The position numbers were made by a program, and so were the translations under genes. From positions 10,134-74,133 of the forward strand of contig CAJLFQ010000002.1 in the NCBI GenBank assembly GCA_905205975.1: a stretch of DNA of 64,000 nucleotides, in the 5' to 3' direction. Shown here one piece after another: positions 1-9,356 of this stretch. Each line of letters opens with the position of its first letter. Position 1 is the stretch's first letter. The notes beneath the pieces are model-generated. The model ran no database searches. It was not told where the DNA came from and worked only from the letters and a program-made list of their open reading frames with translations. The DNA is from an uncultured Eubacteriales bacterium (GTDB lineage: Bacteria > Bacillota > Clostridia > Oscillospirales > QAMX01).

Positions 1-1883
1 TGTACGACTGGGGCATCATGCAGGGCAACAACAAGGGCGAATTCAACCCGAAGGGTCTGCTCACGCGTGACGAAATGTCCAAAATTATGTACGCCATGAA
101 GGAAATCGGCCTCGACGTCGAATCCTACTACGGCGGCTTCCTGACGGCTGCTTTCGTCGACGCGGCGAAGGTTCCGGCATGGAGCAAGAACTACATGGGT
201 TATGCCTACATTGAAAACATCTTCGTCGGCAACGCGAAGAAGGAAATCAATGCGCTGGGCAACCTGTCCTACGTCCAGGCGACGATCGTTCTCCTGCGCG
301 CGCTGGGTGCTGACCGCATGTACGGGTTCGACAACAACCCGGAAGGCGTGAAAATCACCTACGTGGTGGACGGCAAGACCTACAACCTCTTCGAAGGTCC
401 GAAGTGGTTCGAGAACGCTGTTTCCTACGGCGCCAAGTACAAGCTGTTCAAGGGTCTCGACATCGCTGACTTCAACGCGAACATCACGCGTGAAGACGTC
501 GCTGTCATGATCTACAACGCTGTCGATCACGCTCCGTACGCCTTCAAGCTCGCTGAAAAGGTCGAAGGCGTTGTCATCGGCACCAAGCAGAACGACAAGA
601 AAGTTGACTGCTTCGAATTCGCAAACGGCGAACTTTACCCGATCGGCGACCTGAAGGTTGCTGACTTCATGGGCAAGAAGGTCGAATTCTGCGTCGAACC
701 CGCCGAACCCAAAGAAGATCGCAAAGTCGTTTCCGCCATCAAGTCCCTGGATAAGGGCGTTGTCAACACGACGGTCGGCGCCATCGACGAAAAAGATGGT
801 TACTACCGCGCTGACGAAAAGAACTTCGCGAAGATCGCCGAAGTTAAGACGGCTTACCTCTTCAAGAACAACACGATGAAGGGCGCAGAAGTTGCTATCG
901 ACGTTCTGAAAGACGAACTGAAAGCTGAACAGAACGGTCTGGGCTTCGAAGCCATCACCCTCATCAACAACGGCGATTCCATCTCCGTCATCTACAACCC
1001 GGTCGTCTTCATCGACGGCAACTTCGTCAAATCCATTGGCGGCATCAAGCGCGAAGTCAAGGACAACAAGTACACCGGCAAATACTACGTTACCTACAAC
1101 CGCAACGATCTGTATGTTCCGATGAAAAAGCTGGACGACAATGCATGGCTGGCAGTCCGTGTGAACGGCAACGAAGTCGAAGTCGTCGGCACCCCGAAGA
1201 CGATCGACGTCGCTGACATCAACGCTTCCGTCAAGGGCGGCAACTACACCTTCACCTACAAGGGCGAAGAAATGACTGTTGTCACCGCTAAGAACGCAGT
1301 CCTCGGCAACGTTACGATGCTCTCCAAGGATGCAGACATGTTTGACAAGATCGCCAGCAAGGACGCGAAGACGCTGAACGCACTGGTTTACGGCAACCTG
1401 ATCCTTGGTGTTTCCAAGAAGGCCGAAGCACCGAAGCCGCTGGGCACCTACGCATACGTCCTGGATGTTACGACGACCGCTTCCGCGGGCAACACGATCT
1501 ATGTCGTGAAGGCCCTTGTCAACGCCGAAATCAAGACGATCATCGTCAAGGCAGCAGGCGTTGAAGGCACGCCGGTTGTTGGCAACGTCTACGAATACAG
1601 CCTCCAGGCGAAAGACACTGACGACCTGAAGAAGGGCGACGTCGTCCTTACTAACGGCACGGAGGTCAAGCTGGACGACTGGAATGAGAAAAACTTCGAC
1701 GCAACGAAGCTCAGCGACAAGGTTGTTGTTGTTTACAACAAGGATCTTGACACGGTCATCGATGCAACGAAGCTGATCGCCAAAGACGGCGTCGTGACGC
1801 TGGAAGGCGAAGAGATCTACGAAGGCGCTCTGCGCATCTACAAAGGCGCTAAGTACATCCTCATCTGGATCCAGTACAAGTAA
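1..1883 (+). CDS. SLH-domain cell-surface (S-layer-type) protein, 5' end outside the window
   Basis: The frame is open from nt 3 (YDWGIMQGNNKGEFNPKGLLTRDEMSKIMY is an SLH repeat pattern). A second SLH-like repeat is FVDAAKVPAWSKNYMGYAYIENIFVGN. The long body is rich in V/K/T/G/N. Codon bias is strong, as in highly expressed genes. A hairpin terminator follows. Confidence 0.8.
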   Translation, partial: YDWGIMQGNNKGEFNPKGLLTRDEMSKIMYAMKEIGLDVESYYGGFLTAAFVDAAKVPAWSKNYMGYAYIENIFVGNAKKEINALGNLSYVQATIVLLRALGADRMYGFDNNPEGVKITYVVDGKTYNLFEGPKWFENAVSYGAKYKLFKGLDIADFNANITREDVAVMIYNAVDHAPYAFKLAEKVEGVVIGTKQNDKKVDCFEFANGELYPIGDLKVADFMGKKVEFCVEPAEPKEDRKVVSAIKSLDKGVVNTTVGAIDEKDGYYRADEKNFAKIAEVKTAYLFKNNTMKGAEVAIDVLKDELKAEQNGLGFEAITLINNGDSISVIYNPVVFIDGNFVKSIGGIKREVKDNKYTGKYYVTYNRNDLYVPMKKLDDNAWLAVRVNGNEVEVVGTPKTIDVADINASVKGGNYTFTYKGEEMTVVTAKNAVLGNVTMLSKDADMFDKIASKDAKTLNALVYGNLILGVSKKAEAPKPLGTYAYVLDVTTTASAGNTIYVVKALVNAEIKTIIVKAAGVEGTPVVGNVYEYSLQAKDTDDLKKGDVVLTNGTEVKLDDWNEKNFDATKLSDKVVVVYNKDLDTVIDATKLIAKDGVVTLEGEEIYEGALRIYKGAKYILIWIQYK

Positions 1884-1913
1884 GCTTTCTGAAAGCTGAA
1901 ACAGTGAACTGAG

Positions 1914-1950
1914 AAGCACCCCGCAGGGTTAACCCTGCGGGGTGCTTTTT
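1914..1950 (+). terminator. Rho-independent terminator after the SLH protein gene
   Basis: aagcaccccgcaggg-ttaa-ccctgcggggtgctt stem-loop followed by ttttt. Confidence 0.75.
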
Positions 1951-2050
1951 GCGTGTCGGGGGTAAGTTGGCGGATAGGCTGCGGGTTTGTGTTGGCGGAT
2001 ATCCGATGGTTGGTGCGTTGGGGGATATACTGCGGGTGTGTTGCGGCGGG
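1951..2050 (+). repeat. Degenerate ~25-nt tandem repeat (family B; unit approx ggcggataggctgcgggtatgtgtt)
   Basis: gcgtgtcgggggtaagttggcggataggctgcgggtttgtgttggcggatatccgatggttggtgcgttgggggatatactgcgggtgtgttgcggcggg. The same unit family recurs at 37412-37507 and, inverted, at 40131-40200, each time directly after a terminator hairpin. Confidence 0.7.
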
Positions 2051-2247
2051 AATCGATTTCCTGCCGCTGTCTTCTGTCGAAAGCGATTGCGCAAATGGCG
2101 CTTTTTTTGTATGATTTTCCATGCGCTTCGCACAAATTCTGATGAAACAGCCGGATTCGTTGCGGTTTTCCATGCTTTTTTTCTGTTTTTGCCCATAATC
2201 AGTTTTCTGATATCGATAAATACAATATTGATATCAAAAAAAGGGAA

Positions 2248-2276
2248 TTGCCAAATGCGTCGAATCATGCTATAAT
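2248..2276 (+). promoter_or_regulatory. sigma-A type promoter of the mdh-fumC-hdr-flx-frd block
   Basis: TTGCCA, 17-nt spacer, TATAAT, located 40 nt upstream of the ATG at 2316. An AT-rich region lies upstream. Confidence 0.6.
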
Positions 2277-2315
2277 AAGACCAGAAACGATTAAGTACAA
2301 TAGAGAAGGTGCGTT

Positions 2316-3260
2316 ATGAACAAAATTTCCATTATCGGTACCGGCAGCGTCGGCTCGACCATCGCTTACACCCTGACGGTTATGGGTCTGGCCTCTGAAA
2401 TCGTCATGATCGACATCAACAGCGAAAAAGCGCTGGGCGAAGCCCTGGATATCCGGCAAGGCACGCCGTTCTGCGGTGCCTGCTCCATCTACGCCGGCGA
2501 TTACCGCGACGCCGCGAATTCCAACATCGTTATCATCACGTCCGGCATTGCCCGCAAACCGGGTCAGACCCGTCTGGAACTGGCGCAGACCAACGTCAAC
2601 ATCACGAAACAGATCATCCCGGAAATCACGAAGTACGCGCCGGATGCCATTTACATCATCGTCAGCAACCCGGTGGACATCCTGACCTATACGTTCAACA
2701 AAATCTCCGGTCTGCCCGAAAGCCATATCATCGGCTCCGGCACGATTCTCGATACGGCGCGCCTCCGCGCACGCCTTTCCGAATACTACAACATCAACCA
2801 GAGCAACGTCCACGCCTACGTCTTCGGCGAACACGGGGACTCTTCCTTTATCCCGTGGTCCGTCGCCAACATCTCCAACGTGCCGATTAAGGACTGTGCA
2901 AAGCTCCTTGCGACGCCGGGCATCGCCGCACCGGAGCTCGACTATGATGAAATCACCCAGTATGTCAAAAAATCCGGCGGCCGCGTCATTGCCCGCAAAG
3001 GCGCGACGTTCTACGCCGTCTCCGTCTCCGTCTGCCACATCTGCAAATCGCTGCTCGTCGGCATCGACACGACCATGACCGTTTCCACCATGATGCACGG
3101 CGAATACGGCATCGACGACGTCTGCCTCAGCACGCTGAACATGGTCGGACACGACGGCATCCGCGGCAAGGTCAACGTCAAACTGACGGATGACGAAGTC
3201 GCGCAGCTGCAGCACAGCGCCGATACGCTGAAGGGCGTTATCAGAAGCCTCGACATCTGA
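2316..3260 (+). CDS. LDH/MDH-family L-2-hydroxyacid dehydrogenase, predicted malate dehydrogenase specificity
   Basis: Rossmann IGTGSVGS; catalytic His in FGEHGDSSF; SGTILDTARLR. The substrate loop GIARKPGQTRLEL has Arg where canonical LDH has Gln102. RBS gagaagg lies upstream. Confidence 0.85.
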   Translation: MNKISIIGTGSVGSTIAYTLTVMGLASEIVMIDINSEKALGEALDIRQGTPFCGACSIYAGDYRDAANSNIVIITSGIARKPGQTRLELAQTNVNITKQIIPEITKYAPDAIYIIVSNPVDILTYTFNKISGLPESHIIGSGTILDTARLRARLSEYYNINQSNVHAYVFGEHGDSSFIPWSVANISNVPIKDCAKLLATPGIAAPELDYDEITQYVKKSGGRVIARKGATFYAVSVSVCHICKSLLVGIDTTMTVSTMMHGEYGIDDVCLSTLNMVGHDGIRGKVNVKLTDDEVAQLQHSADTLKGVIRSLDI

Positions 3261-3298
3261 GAAAGTCCGACACAAAAACAAAAAGGGAGCGCACATTC

Positions 3299-4675
3299 AT
3301 GGATTATCGCATTGAACACGACTCGATGGGCGAAATGAAAGTCCCGGCCGACCGGCTTTGGGGCGCACAGACGCAGCGGAGCCACGAGAATTTTGAAATC
3401 GGCGTCGATATTGAAACGATGCCGCGCGAAGTGACCCACGCGTTCGGCATTCTGAAAAAGGCGGCCGCACAGGCCAACGCCGAGCTGAAACCGGAAAAAA
3501 TGACCGCGGAGAAGCTCTCCGCCATCGAAACCGCCTGTGACGAGGTCATCTCCGGCTGCCTGAACGACCATTTCCCGCTCGTCGTCTGGCAGACCGGCTC
3601 CGGCACGCAGTCCAACATGAACGCCAACGAGGTCATCGCCAACCGCGCCAACCAGATCGCCGGGCAAAAGCTCTGCCACCCGAACGACGATGTCAATATG
3701 AGCCAGTCCTCCAACGATACGTTCCCGACGGTGATTTCGATTTCCTCCGTCTGCGCGATCGAAGACAAGCTAATTCCGGCTGTTTCCGCGCTGATTGAAA
3801 CGTTCAAACGCCTGGAAGCCGAAAATGAAGACGTCGTGAAGTCCGGCCGCACCCATTTGCAGGATGCCGTTCCGATCCGCTTCAGCCAGGAAATCTCCGG
3901 CTGGCGCGCCAGCCTGGAGCGCGACGTCGAACTGCTGCGCATGGCGGTCAGACCGCTGTATGAGCTGGCGCTCGGCGGAACCGCCGTCGGCACTGGGCTG
4001 AATGCGCCGAAAGGCTTCGCAGAGCTTGTCGCACAGAAAGTCGCCGATCTGACCGGCAAACCGTTTGTCACGGCGCCGAACAAGTTCCACGCCCTGACCT
4101 CGAAAGACGAAATCGTCTTCGCGCACGGCGCCATCAAGGCGACGGCCTGCGACATGATGAAAATCGCCAACGACGTTCGCTGGCTGGCCTCCGGCCCGCG
4201 GGATGGGCTGGGCGAGATCCACATCCCCGAAAATGAACCCGGCTCCTCCATCATGCCCGGCAAGGTCAACCCGACGCAGTGCGAAGCGGTCACGATGGTC
4301 GCCGTTCAGGTCATGGGCAACGACGTCGCCGTCGGCGTCGCCGCTTCCCAGGGCAACTTTGAACTGAACGTTTTCATGCCGGTCATCGCCTATAACTTTT
4401 TGCAATCGGCACGCCTGCTGGCGGAAGCGGTCGCTTCGTTCGACAAGCACTGCGCCGCGGGCATCCGCGCCAACCGCGAAAAAATGCGCACGAACCTGTA
4501 TCATTCGCTGATGCTTGTCACGGCGCTGAACCCGTATATCGGCTATGAAAACGCGGCGAAAGTTGCGAAAAAAGCCTATAAAGAAGATATCACGCTGAAA
4601 GAGGCGTGCGTTGCGCTCGGATTCCTGACGGCGGAACGGTTTGACGAGGTTTTCCACCCGGAGCAGATGGCCTGA
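3299..4675 (+). CDS. fumC: Class II fumarate hydratase
   Basis: 458 aa with the GSSIMPGKVNPTQCE signature of the fumarase/aspartase superfamily. Also HLQDAVP and TGSGTQSNMN motifs. Starts 38 nt after the upstream gene. Confidence 0.95.
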   Translation: MDYRIEHDSMGEMKVPADRLWGAQTQRSHENFEIGVDIETMPREVTHAFGILKKAAAQANAELKPEKMTAEKLSAIETACDEVISGCLNDHFPLVVWQTGSGTQSNMNANEVIANRANQIAGQKLCHPNDDVNMSQSSNDTFPTVISISSVCAIEDKLIPAVSALIETFKRLEAENEDVVKSGRTHLQDAVPIRFSQEISGWRASLERDVELLRMAVRPLYELALGGTAVGTGLNAPKGFAELVAQKVADLTGKPFVTAPNKFHALTSKDEIVFAHGAIKATACDMMKIANDVRWLASGPRDGLGEIHIPENEPGSSIMPGKVNPTQCEAVTMVAVQVMGNDVAVGVAASQGNFELNVFMPVIAYNFLQSARLLAEAVASFDKHCAAGIRANREKMRTNLYHSLMLVTALNPYIGYENAAKVAKKAYKEDITLKEACVALGFLTAERFDEVFHPEQMA

Positions 4676-4703
4676 CCGGACGGGCAAACCGTGAGAAAGG
4701 GGT

Positions 4704-5510
4704 ATGGTCATCCACATGATGAAAGTCTGTTACTTCCCGGGCTGTACGCTGCGCACCAAGGCGAAAACGCTTGACGTCTGCGCCAGAAAATCGGCGGAAG
4801 CGCTGGGCGTTGCACTCTGCGAACCGGAAAACTGGCAGTGCTGCGGCGGCGTGTTTGTCAGCGCGAAGGATGAAATCGCAACCAAGCTGTCGAGCGTCCG
4901 CGCGCTGATTGCCGCGCGGGATGCGGGCCAGCCGCTGGTGACCGTCTGCTCGGCCTGTCATAACGTCATCAAGCAGACGAACGACGCCGTGCAGAACGAT
5001 CCGGAATTTGCCGGAAAAGTCAACCGCTATCTCGCGCAGGACAAAACCGGCAGCGCGCCGTATGCGGGCGAAACGAAAGTATACCATTATCTGGAACTCC
5101 TGCGCGATGTCATCGGCTTTGACAAGCTCAAGGCCGCCGTCAAGCATCCGCTGACCGGCCGGAAAATCGCCGCCTATTACGGCTGCATGCTCCTGCGGCC
5201 CGGCAAGGTCATGCAGTTTGACGACGTGGAAAATCCGCGCATTCTCGAAGATTTTATCCGCGCGCTGGGCGCGGAACCGGTCGTTTCGCCGATGCGGAAC
5301 GAATGCTGCGGCGGATACGTCGCGCTGGAAGACCCGGCTTCCGCCCAAAAGAAGAGCCGTGCCGTCAGCGAAAGCGCAGCGGCGCACGGCGCAGAGGAAA
5401 TCGTGACGGCTTGTCCGCTCTGCCGCTACAACCTTGTGAAAAATGACAGCCCTGTCCCTGTCGTATACTTTACCGAGCTGCTGGCGGAAGCGCTCGGCGT
5501 CGAACTCTGA
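4704..5510 (+). CDS. hdrB: HdrB-like CCG-domain protein (heterodisulfide reductase B / SdhE / TfrB-type)
   Basis: Two CCG motifs: C..QCCGG-(34 aa)-CSAC and C..ECCGG..CPLC. The start could instead be ATG 4716. Confidence 0.85.
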   Translation: MVIHMMKVCYFPGCTLRTKAKTLDVCARKSAEALGVALCEPENWQCCGGVFVSAKDEIATKLSSVRALIAARDAGQPLVTVCSACHNVIKQTNDAVQNDPEFAGKVNRYLAQDKTGSAPYAGETKVYHYLELLRDVIGFDKLKAAVKHPLTGRKIAAYYGCMLLRPGKVMQFDDVENPRILEDFIRALGAEPVVSPMRNECCGGYVALEDPASAQKKSRAVSESAAAHGAEEIVTACPLCRYNLVKNDSPVPVVYFTELLAEALGVEL

Positions 5511-5530
5511 GTGAAGTGTGAGGATTTTGC

Positions 5531-5929
5531 ATGCAGAATTCATCTGAACGCCTGAAAGAGCAGGTTCTGAGAATCAGCGGCGTCAACCCGCGCAAATGTA
5601 TGCGCTGCGGGAAATGCTCCGGAACCTGCCCCGCATATGACGAAATGGAATATCATCCGCATCAGTTTGTCTACCTGGTGGAAACCGGCGACATTGAAAC
5701 GCTGATGCAGTCAAAGTCCATCTACAAATGCCTGTCCTGCTTTGCCTGCGTGGACCGCTGCCCCCGCGGCGTGGAACCGGCAAAGCTGGTCGAAGCCATC
5801 CGCCTCAGCGTGATCCGCGAAAAAGGCGCCAACCACCTGACCGCAGACGATCTGCCGCCGCTTGCCGAAGCGGATCCGGATCTGCCGCAGCAGGCCGTTG
5901 TCAGCGCCATGCGGAAATATTCGAAATAA
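5531..5929 (+). CDS. hdrC: HdrC-like 2x[4Fe-4S] ferredoxin-domain protein
   Basis: CMRCGKCSGTCP and CLSCFACVDRCP cluster motifs. 132 aa, adjacent to the hdrB-like gene. Confidence 0.8.
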   Translation: MQNSSERLKEQVLRISGVNPRKCMRCGKCSGTCPAYDEMEYHPHQFVYLVETGDIETLMQSKSIYKCLSCFACVDRCPRGVEPAKLVEAIRLSVIREKGANHLTADDLPPLAEADPDLPQQAVVSAMRKYSK

Positions 5930-5947
5930 GAAAGGAGAGACGAAACC

Positions 5948-7942
5948 ATGCAAAGAATTGGCGTATTTGTCTGCCACTGCGGCACGAACATCGCCGGAAC
6001 GATCGACGTCAAAGCGGTCGCCGCAGCGCTCCTGCACGAACCGGGTGTCGTTTTCTCCGCTGATTATCCGTATATGTGCTCTCAGGCAGGGCAGAACCTC
6101 ATCAAGGAAGCCATTGCTGAACATCACCTGACCGGCATCGTCGTCTGCTCCTGCTCGCCGCGGATGCACGAGGCGACCTTCCGCAAGACGGCGGCGGCCG
6201 CCGGGCTGAACGCCTATATGGTCGAAATCGCCAACATCCGCGAACAGTGCTCGTGGGTGCACAAGGATATGGCCACCGGCACGGAAAAGGCCATCATCCT
6301 GGGCAAAGCGGCTGTCGCAAAGGTCAACCTGAACACGCCGCTGACGCCGGGTCAAAGCCCGGTCACGAAGCGCGCGCTCGTCATCGGCGGCGGTATCGCC
6401 GGCATCCAGACGGCGCTCGACATCGCCGACGCCGGTTTCCCGGTGGACATCGTGGAAACCAAGCCGACCATCGGCGGCAAAATGGCGCAGCTCGACAAAA
6501 CGTTCCCGACGCTCGACTGCGCGGCCTGTATCCTGACGCCGAAAATGGTGGACGTCGCACAGAACGAAAACATCCGCATCTTCTCGTATTCCGAAGTGAC
6601 CGCCGTCAAGGGCTACGTCGGCAACTTCGATGTGACGATCAAACGCCGCGCGCGCTATGTCAAAGAAGACCTCTGCACCGGCTGCGGCGCCTGCACGGAA
6701 AAATGCCCGCAGAAGAAAATCCCGAACGAATTCAACCTCGGCATGGATAACCGCCATGCAATCTATATCCCGTTTGCACAGGCCGTCCCGAAGGTTGCGA
6801 CGATTGACCCCGAACACTGCATGAAGCTCAAAACGGGCAAATGCGGCGTCTGCTCAAAAGTCTGCACCGCAGGCGCAATCGACTACGAAGCGAAAGACGA
6901 ATTCATCGATGAAAAGTACGGCGCCATCGTCGTCGCCACCGGCTTCGACCCGATTTCCATGGAGCCGTTTGACGAGTTCGCATACGCGCAGTCGCAGGAC
7001 GTCATCACGTCGCTCGAACTGGAGCGCCTGATGAACGCGGCCGGCCCGACCGGCGGCACGCTGCTGCGCCCGTCGGATCACGAACATCCGCACACGATCG
7101 TCTTTGTCCAATGCGTCGGGTCGCGCTGCGCGGCCTGCTCGGAAAAGGGCAAGGAATACTGCTCGAAGATCTGCTGTATGTACACCGCGAAACACGCGAT
7201 GCTCATCCGCGACAAATACCCGGACACCGACGTTTATGTCTTCTATATCGACGTCCGGACGCCGGGCAAGAACTTCGACGAGTTCTACCGCCGCGCCGTT
7301 GAAGAATACGGCGTGCATTATATCAAAGGCATGGTCGGCAAGGTTTCGCCGGAGGGCAAAAAGCTCAAGGTGCAGGCCTCTGACCTGATCTACGGCAAAC
7401 AGCTTCACATCGACGCCGATCTGGTCGTTCTGGCGGCCGCCATCGAACCGGACAAATCGGCCCGCCCGCTGGCGACGATGCTGACGGCCAGCATGGATAC
7501 GAACGACTTCTTCACCGAAGCGCACCCGAAGCTGCGCCCGGTCGAAAGCCCGACGGCCGGCGTGTTCCTCTCCGGCACCTGCCAGGGGCCGAAAGACATT
7601 CCGGAAACGGTCGCACAGGCCGGCGCCGCGGCGTCGAAAGTCATCGGCCTGCTCGCCAAGGATCACCTCGTCGGCAACCCGTGCGTCGCACATTCCGATG
7701 AGATGATGTGCAACGGCTGTTCCACCTGCGCCAACGTCTGCCCGTACGGCGCGATCACATATGAAGACAAAGACTTCAGGATGCCGGACCGCACGACGAA
7801 ACGCCGTCGTGTCGCCGTCGTCAACGAAGCGGTCTGTCAGGGCTGCGGCGCCTGCACCGTCGCATGTATGTCCGGCGCAATGGATCTGCGCGGCTTCCTG
7901 ACACGGCAAATCATGGCGGAGGTAGACGCGATATGCAAGTAG
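5948..7942 (+). CDS. hdrA: HdrA-like FAD- and Fe-S-containing oxidoreductase (putative bifurcating flavoprotein)
   Basis: N-terminal VFVCHCGTNI Cys domain; FAD fold ALVIGGGIAGIQTALDIADAG; FVQCVGSR. Inserted and C-terminal ferredoxin motifs: CTGCGACTEKCP, CGVCSKVCTAGA, CNGCSTCANVCPYGA, CQGCGACTVAC. Confidence 0.9.
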   Translation: MQRIGVFVCHCGTNIAGTIDVKAVAAALLHEPGVVFSADYPYMCSQAGQNLIKEAIAEHHLTGIVVCSCSPRMHEATFRKTAAAAGLNAYMVEIANIREQCSWVHKDMATGTEKAIILGKAAVAKVNLNTPLTPGQSPVTKRALVIGGGIAGIQTALDIADAGFPVDIVETKPTIGGKMAQLDKTFPTLDCAACILTPKMVDVAQNENIRIFSYSEVTAVKGYVGNFDVTIKRRARYVKEDLCTGCGACTEKCPQKKIPNEFNLGMDNRHAIYIPFAQAVPKVATIDPEHCMKLKTGKCGVCSKVCTAGAIDYEAKDEFIDEKYGAIVVATGFDPISMEPFDEFAYAQSQDVITSLELERLMNAAGPTGGTLLRPSDHEHPHTIVFVQCVGSRCAACSEKGKEYCSKICCMYTAKHAMLIRDKYPDTDVYVFYIDVRTPGKNFDEFYRRAVEEYGVHYIKGMVGKVSPEGKKLKVQASDLIYGKQLHIDADLVVLAAAIEPDKSARPLATMLTASMDTNDFFTEAHPKLRPVESPTAGVFLSGTCQGPKDIPETVAQAGAAASKVIGLLAKDHLVGNPCVAHSDEMMCNGCSTCANVCPYGAITYEDKDFRMPDRTTKRRRVAVVNEAVCQGCGACTVACMSGAMDLRGFLTRQIMAEVDAICK

Positions 7943-8394
7943 ACACGCAAGCAAACGAATACAGACCGCTCATCGTGGCGTTCTGCTGCAACTGGTGTTC
8001 CTATGCGGGCGCCGACCTGGCGGGCAATAACCGCCTGAGCTATCCGGCCGACGTCAAAATCATCCGCGTGCCCTGCTCCTGCCGGGTGAACCCGATGTTC
8101 ATCCTGCGCGCGTTCCAGCGCGGAGCAGACGGCGTCATTCTCTGCGGCTGCCACCCCGGCGACTGCCACTATACGTCTGGCAACTACTATACCCGCCGCC
8201 GGATGGCCCTGCTCTTCTCGATGCTCGACTACTTGGGCATTGAACGGCAGCGGACGCGCGTCGAATGGGTCTCTGCGGCAGAAGGCGCAAAATTTGCCGC
8301 AACGATGAAAGACTTTGTCGAAACCGTCGCCGCGCTCGGCGAGAACAAGAGATTGGAGGATTTACGATGCAAGCAATCGGACGCGAATCGCTGA
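7933..8394 (+). CDS. mvhD: MvhD/FlxD-like [2Fe-2S] electron-transfer protein
   Basis: IVAFCCNWCSYAGADLAG, VPCSCRV and CGCHPGDCHY motifs. ATG 7933 overlaps the hdrA stop by 10 nt. The track start at 7864 lies inside hdrA and is unlikely. Confidence 0.85.
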   Translation: MQVDTQANEYRPLIVAFCCNWCSYAGADLAGNNRLSYPADVKIIRVPCSCRVNPMFILRAFQRGADGVILCGCHPGDCHYTSGNYYTRRRMALLFSMLDYLGIERQRTRVEWVSAAEGAKFAATMKDFVETVAALGENKRLEDLRCKQSDANR

Positions 8395-9356
8395 TCGATA
8401 CCGCAAAACGCCTGCTCGAAAACGGCACGGTTGACCGTGTGCTCGGCTGGAAGCGCGGCGAATTTGCCTATGACGTGACGCCGGCGCTCTTCACTTCGGC
8501 GGAAGCGATGGCGCAGGATTTCGTTTGGAACGACTTCTGCGGTGCGAATTTCTCCAAATATCTCGTCAAAGAAACGGCTAAGGGCGACGGAAAAGTGCTT
8601 GTTTTCCTGAAACCCTGCGATACGTACAGCTTCAATCAGCTCCTGACCGAACACCGCTTTGACCGTGAAAAGGTCTATGCCGTCGGCATTCCCTGTGAAG
8701 GGATGCTCGACGCCGGGAAACTCCGCGCCGCGGCGGACGGTATTGCCGCCGTTCAGACCGAAGGCGACACGGTGACGGTCGAAACCCTGTACGACGGTAC
8801 GCGCACCTTCCCGCGTGAAACGATGCTGCCCGACCGCTGCGTACACTGCAAATCCAAAAAACACGTCGCCTACGACGAGCTGCTCGGCGAAGACGGCGAC
8901 GTGCGCGACGCCGGACGCTTCGACGAGGTCGAAGCGCTGGAACGGATGACGCCGGACGAACGGTTTGCCTTCTGGCAGAACGAGCTCTCCCGCTGCATCC
9001 GCTGCAACGCATGCCGCGACGTATGTCCGGCCTGCACCTGCGAAAAATGCGTATTTGACAACCCGAATTCCGGCGTTGAAAACAAAGCGGCGTCGAATTC
9101 GTTTGAAGAAAAACTCTTCCATATCATCCGGGCGTTCCACGTCGCCGGACGCTGCACCGACTGCGGCGAATGCTCCCGCGTCTGCCCGCAGCACATCCCG
9201 CTGCACCTGCTGAACCGGAAATTCATCCACGACATCGACCGCTTCTACGGCGATTATCAGGCGGGTGAAACGGTCGGCAGCCGTGCTCCGATTGTCAACT
9301 ATCAGACGGACGATCTCGAACCGGGTGAAGCGGTAGGAGGGCATGAACATGCGTAA
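8367..9356 (+). CDS. Fe-S cluster protein, FlxB/C- or sulfhydrogenase-beta-like polyferredoxin
   Basis: CIRCNACRDVCPACTCEKC and CTDCGECSRVCPQHIP motifs plus CVHCKSKK. ggagga RBS before ATG 8367. Overlaps the mvhD-like gene by 28 nt. Confidence 0.75.
   Translation: MQAIGRESLIDTAKRLLENGTVDRVLGWKRGEFAYDVTPALFTSAEAMAQDFVWNDFCGANFSKYLVKETAKGDGKVLVFLKPCDTYSFNQLLTEHRFDREKVYAVGIPCEGMLDAGKLRAAADGIAAVQTEGDTVTVETLYDGTRTFPRETMLPDRCVHCKSKKHVAYDELLGEDGDVRDAGRFDEVEALERMTPDERFAFWQNELSRCIRCNACRDVCPACTCEKCVFDNPNSGVENKAASNSFEEKLFHIIRAFHVAGRCTDCGECSRVCPQHIPLHLLNRKFIHDIDRFYGDYQAGETVGSRAPIVNYQTDDLEPGEAVGGHEHA

Noticed and set aside
7864-8366. Track starts 7864 (mvhD-like) and 8265 (next Fe-S gene).
   Set aside because: Both extensions overlap the preceding genes extensively and encode Arg-rich junk. 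Internal ATGs at 7933 and 8367 give homologue-like N-termini, and 8367 has a GGAGGA RBS.
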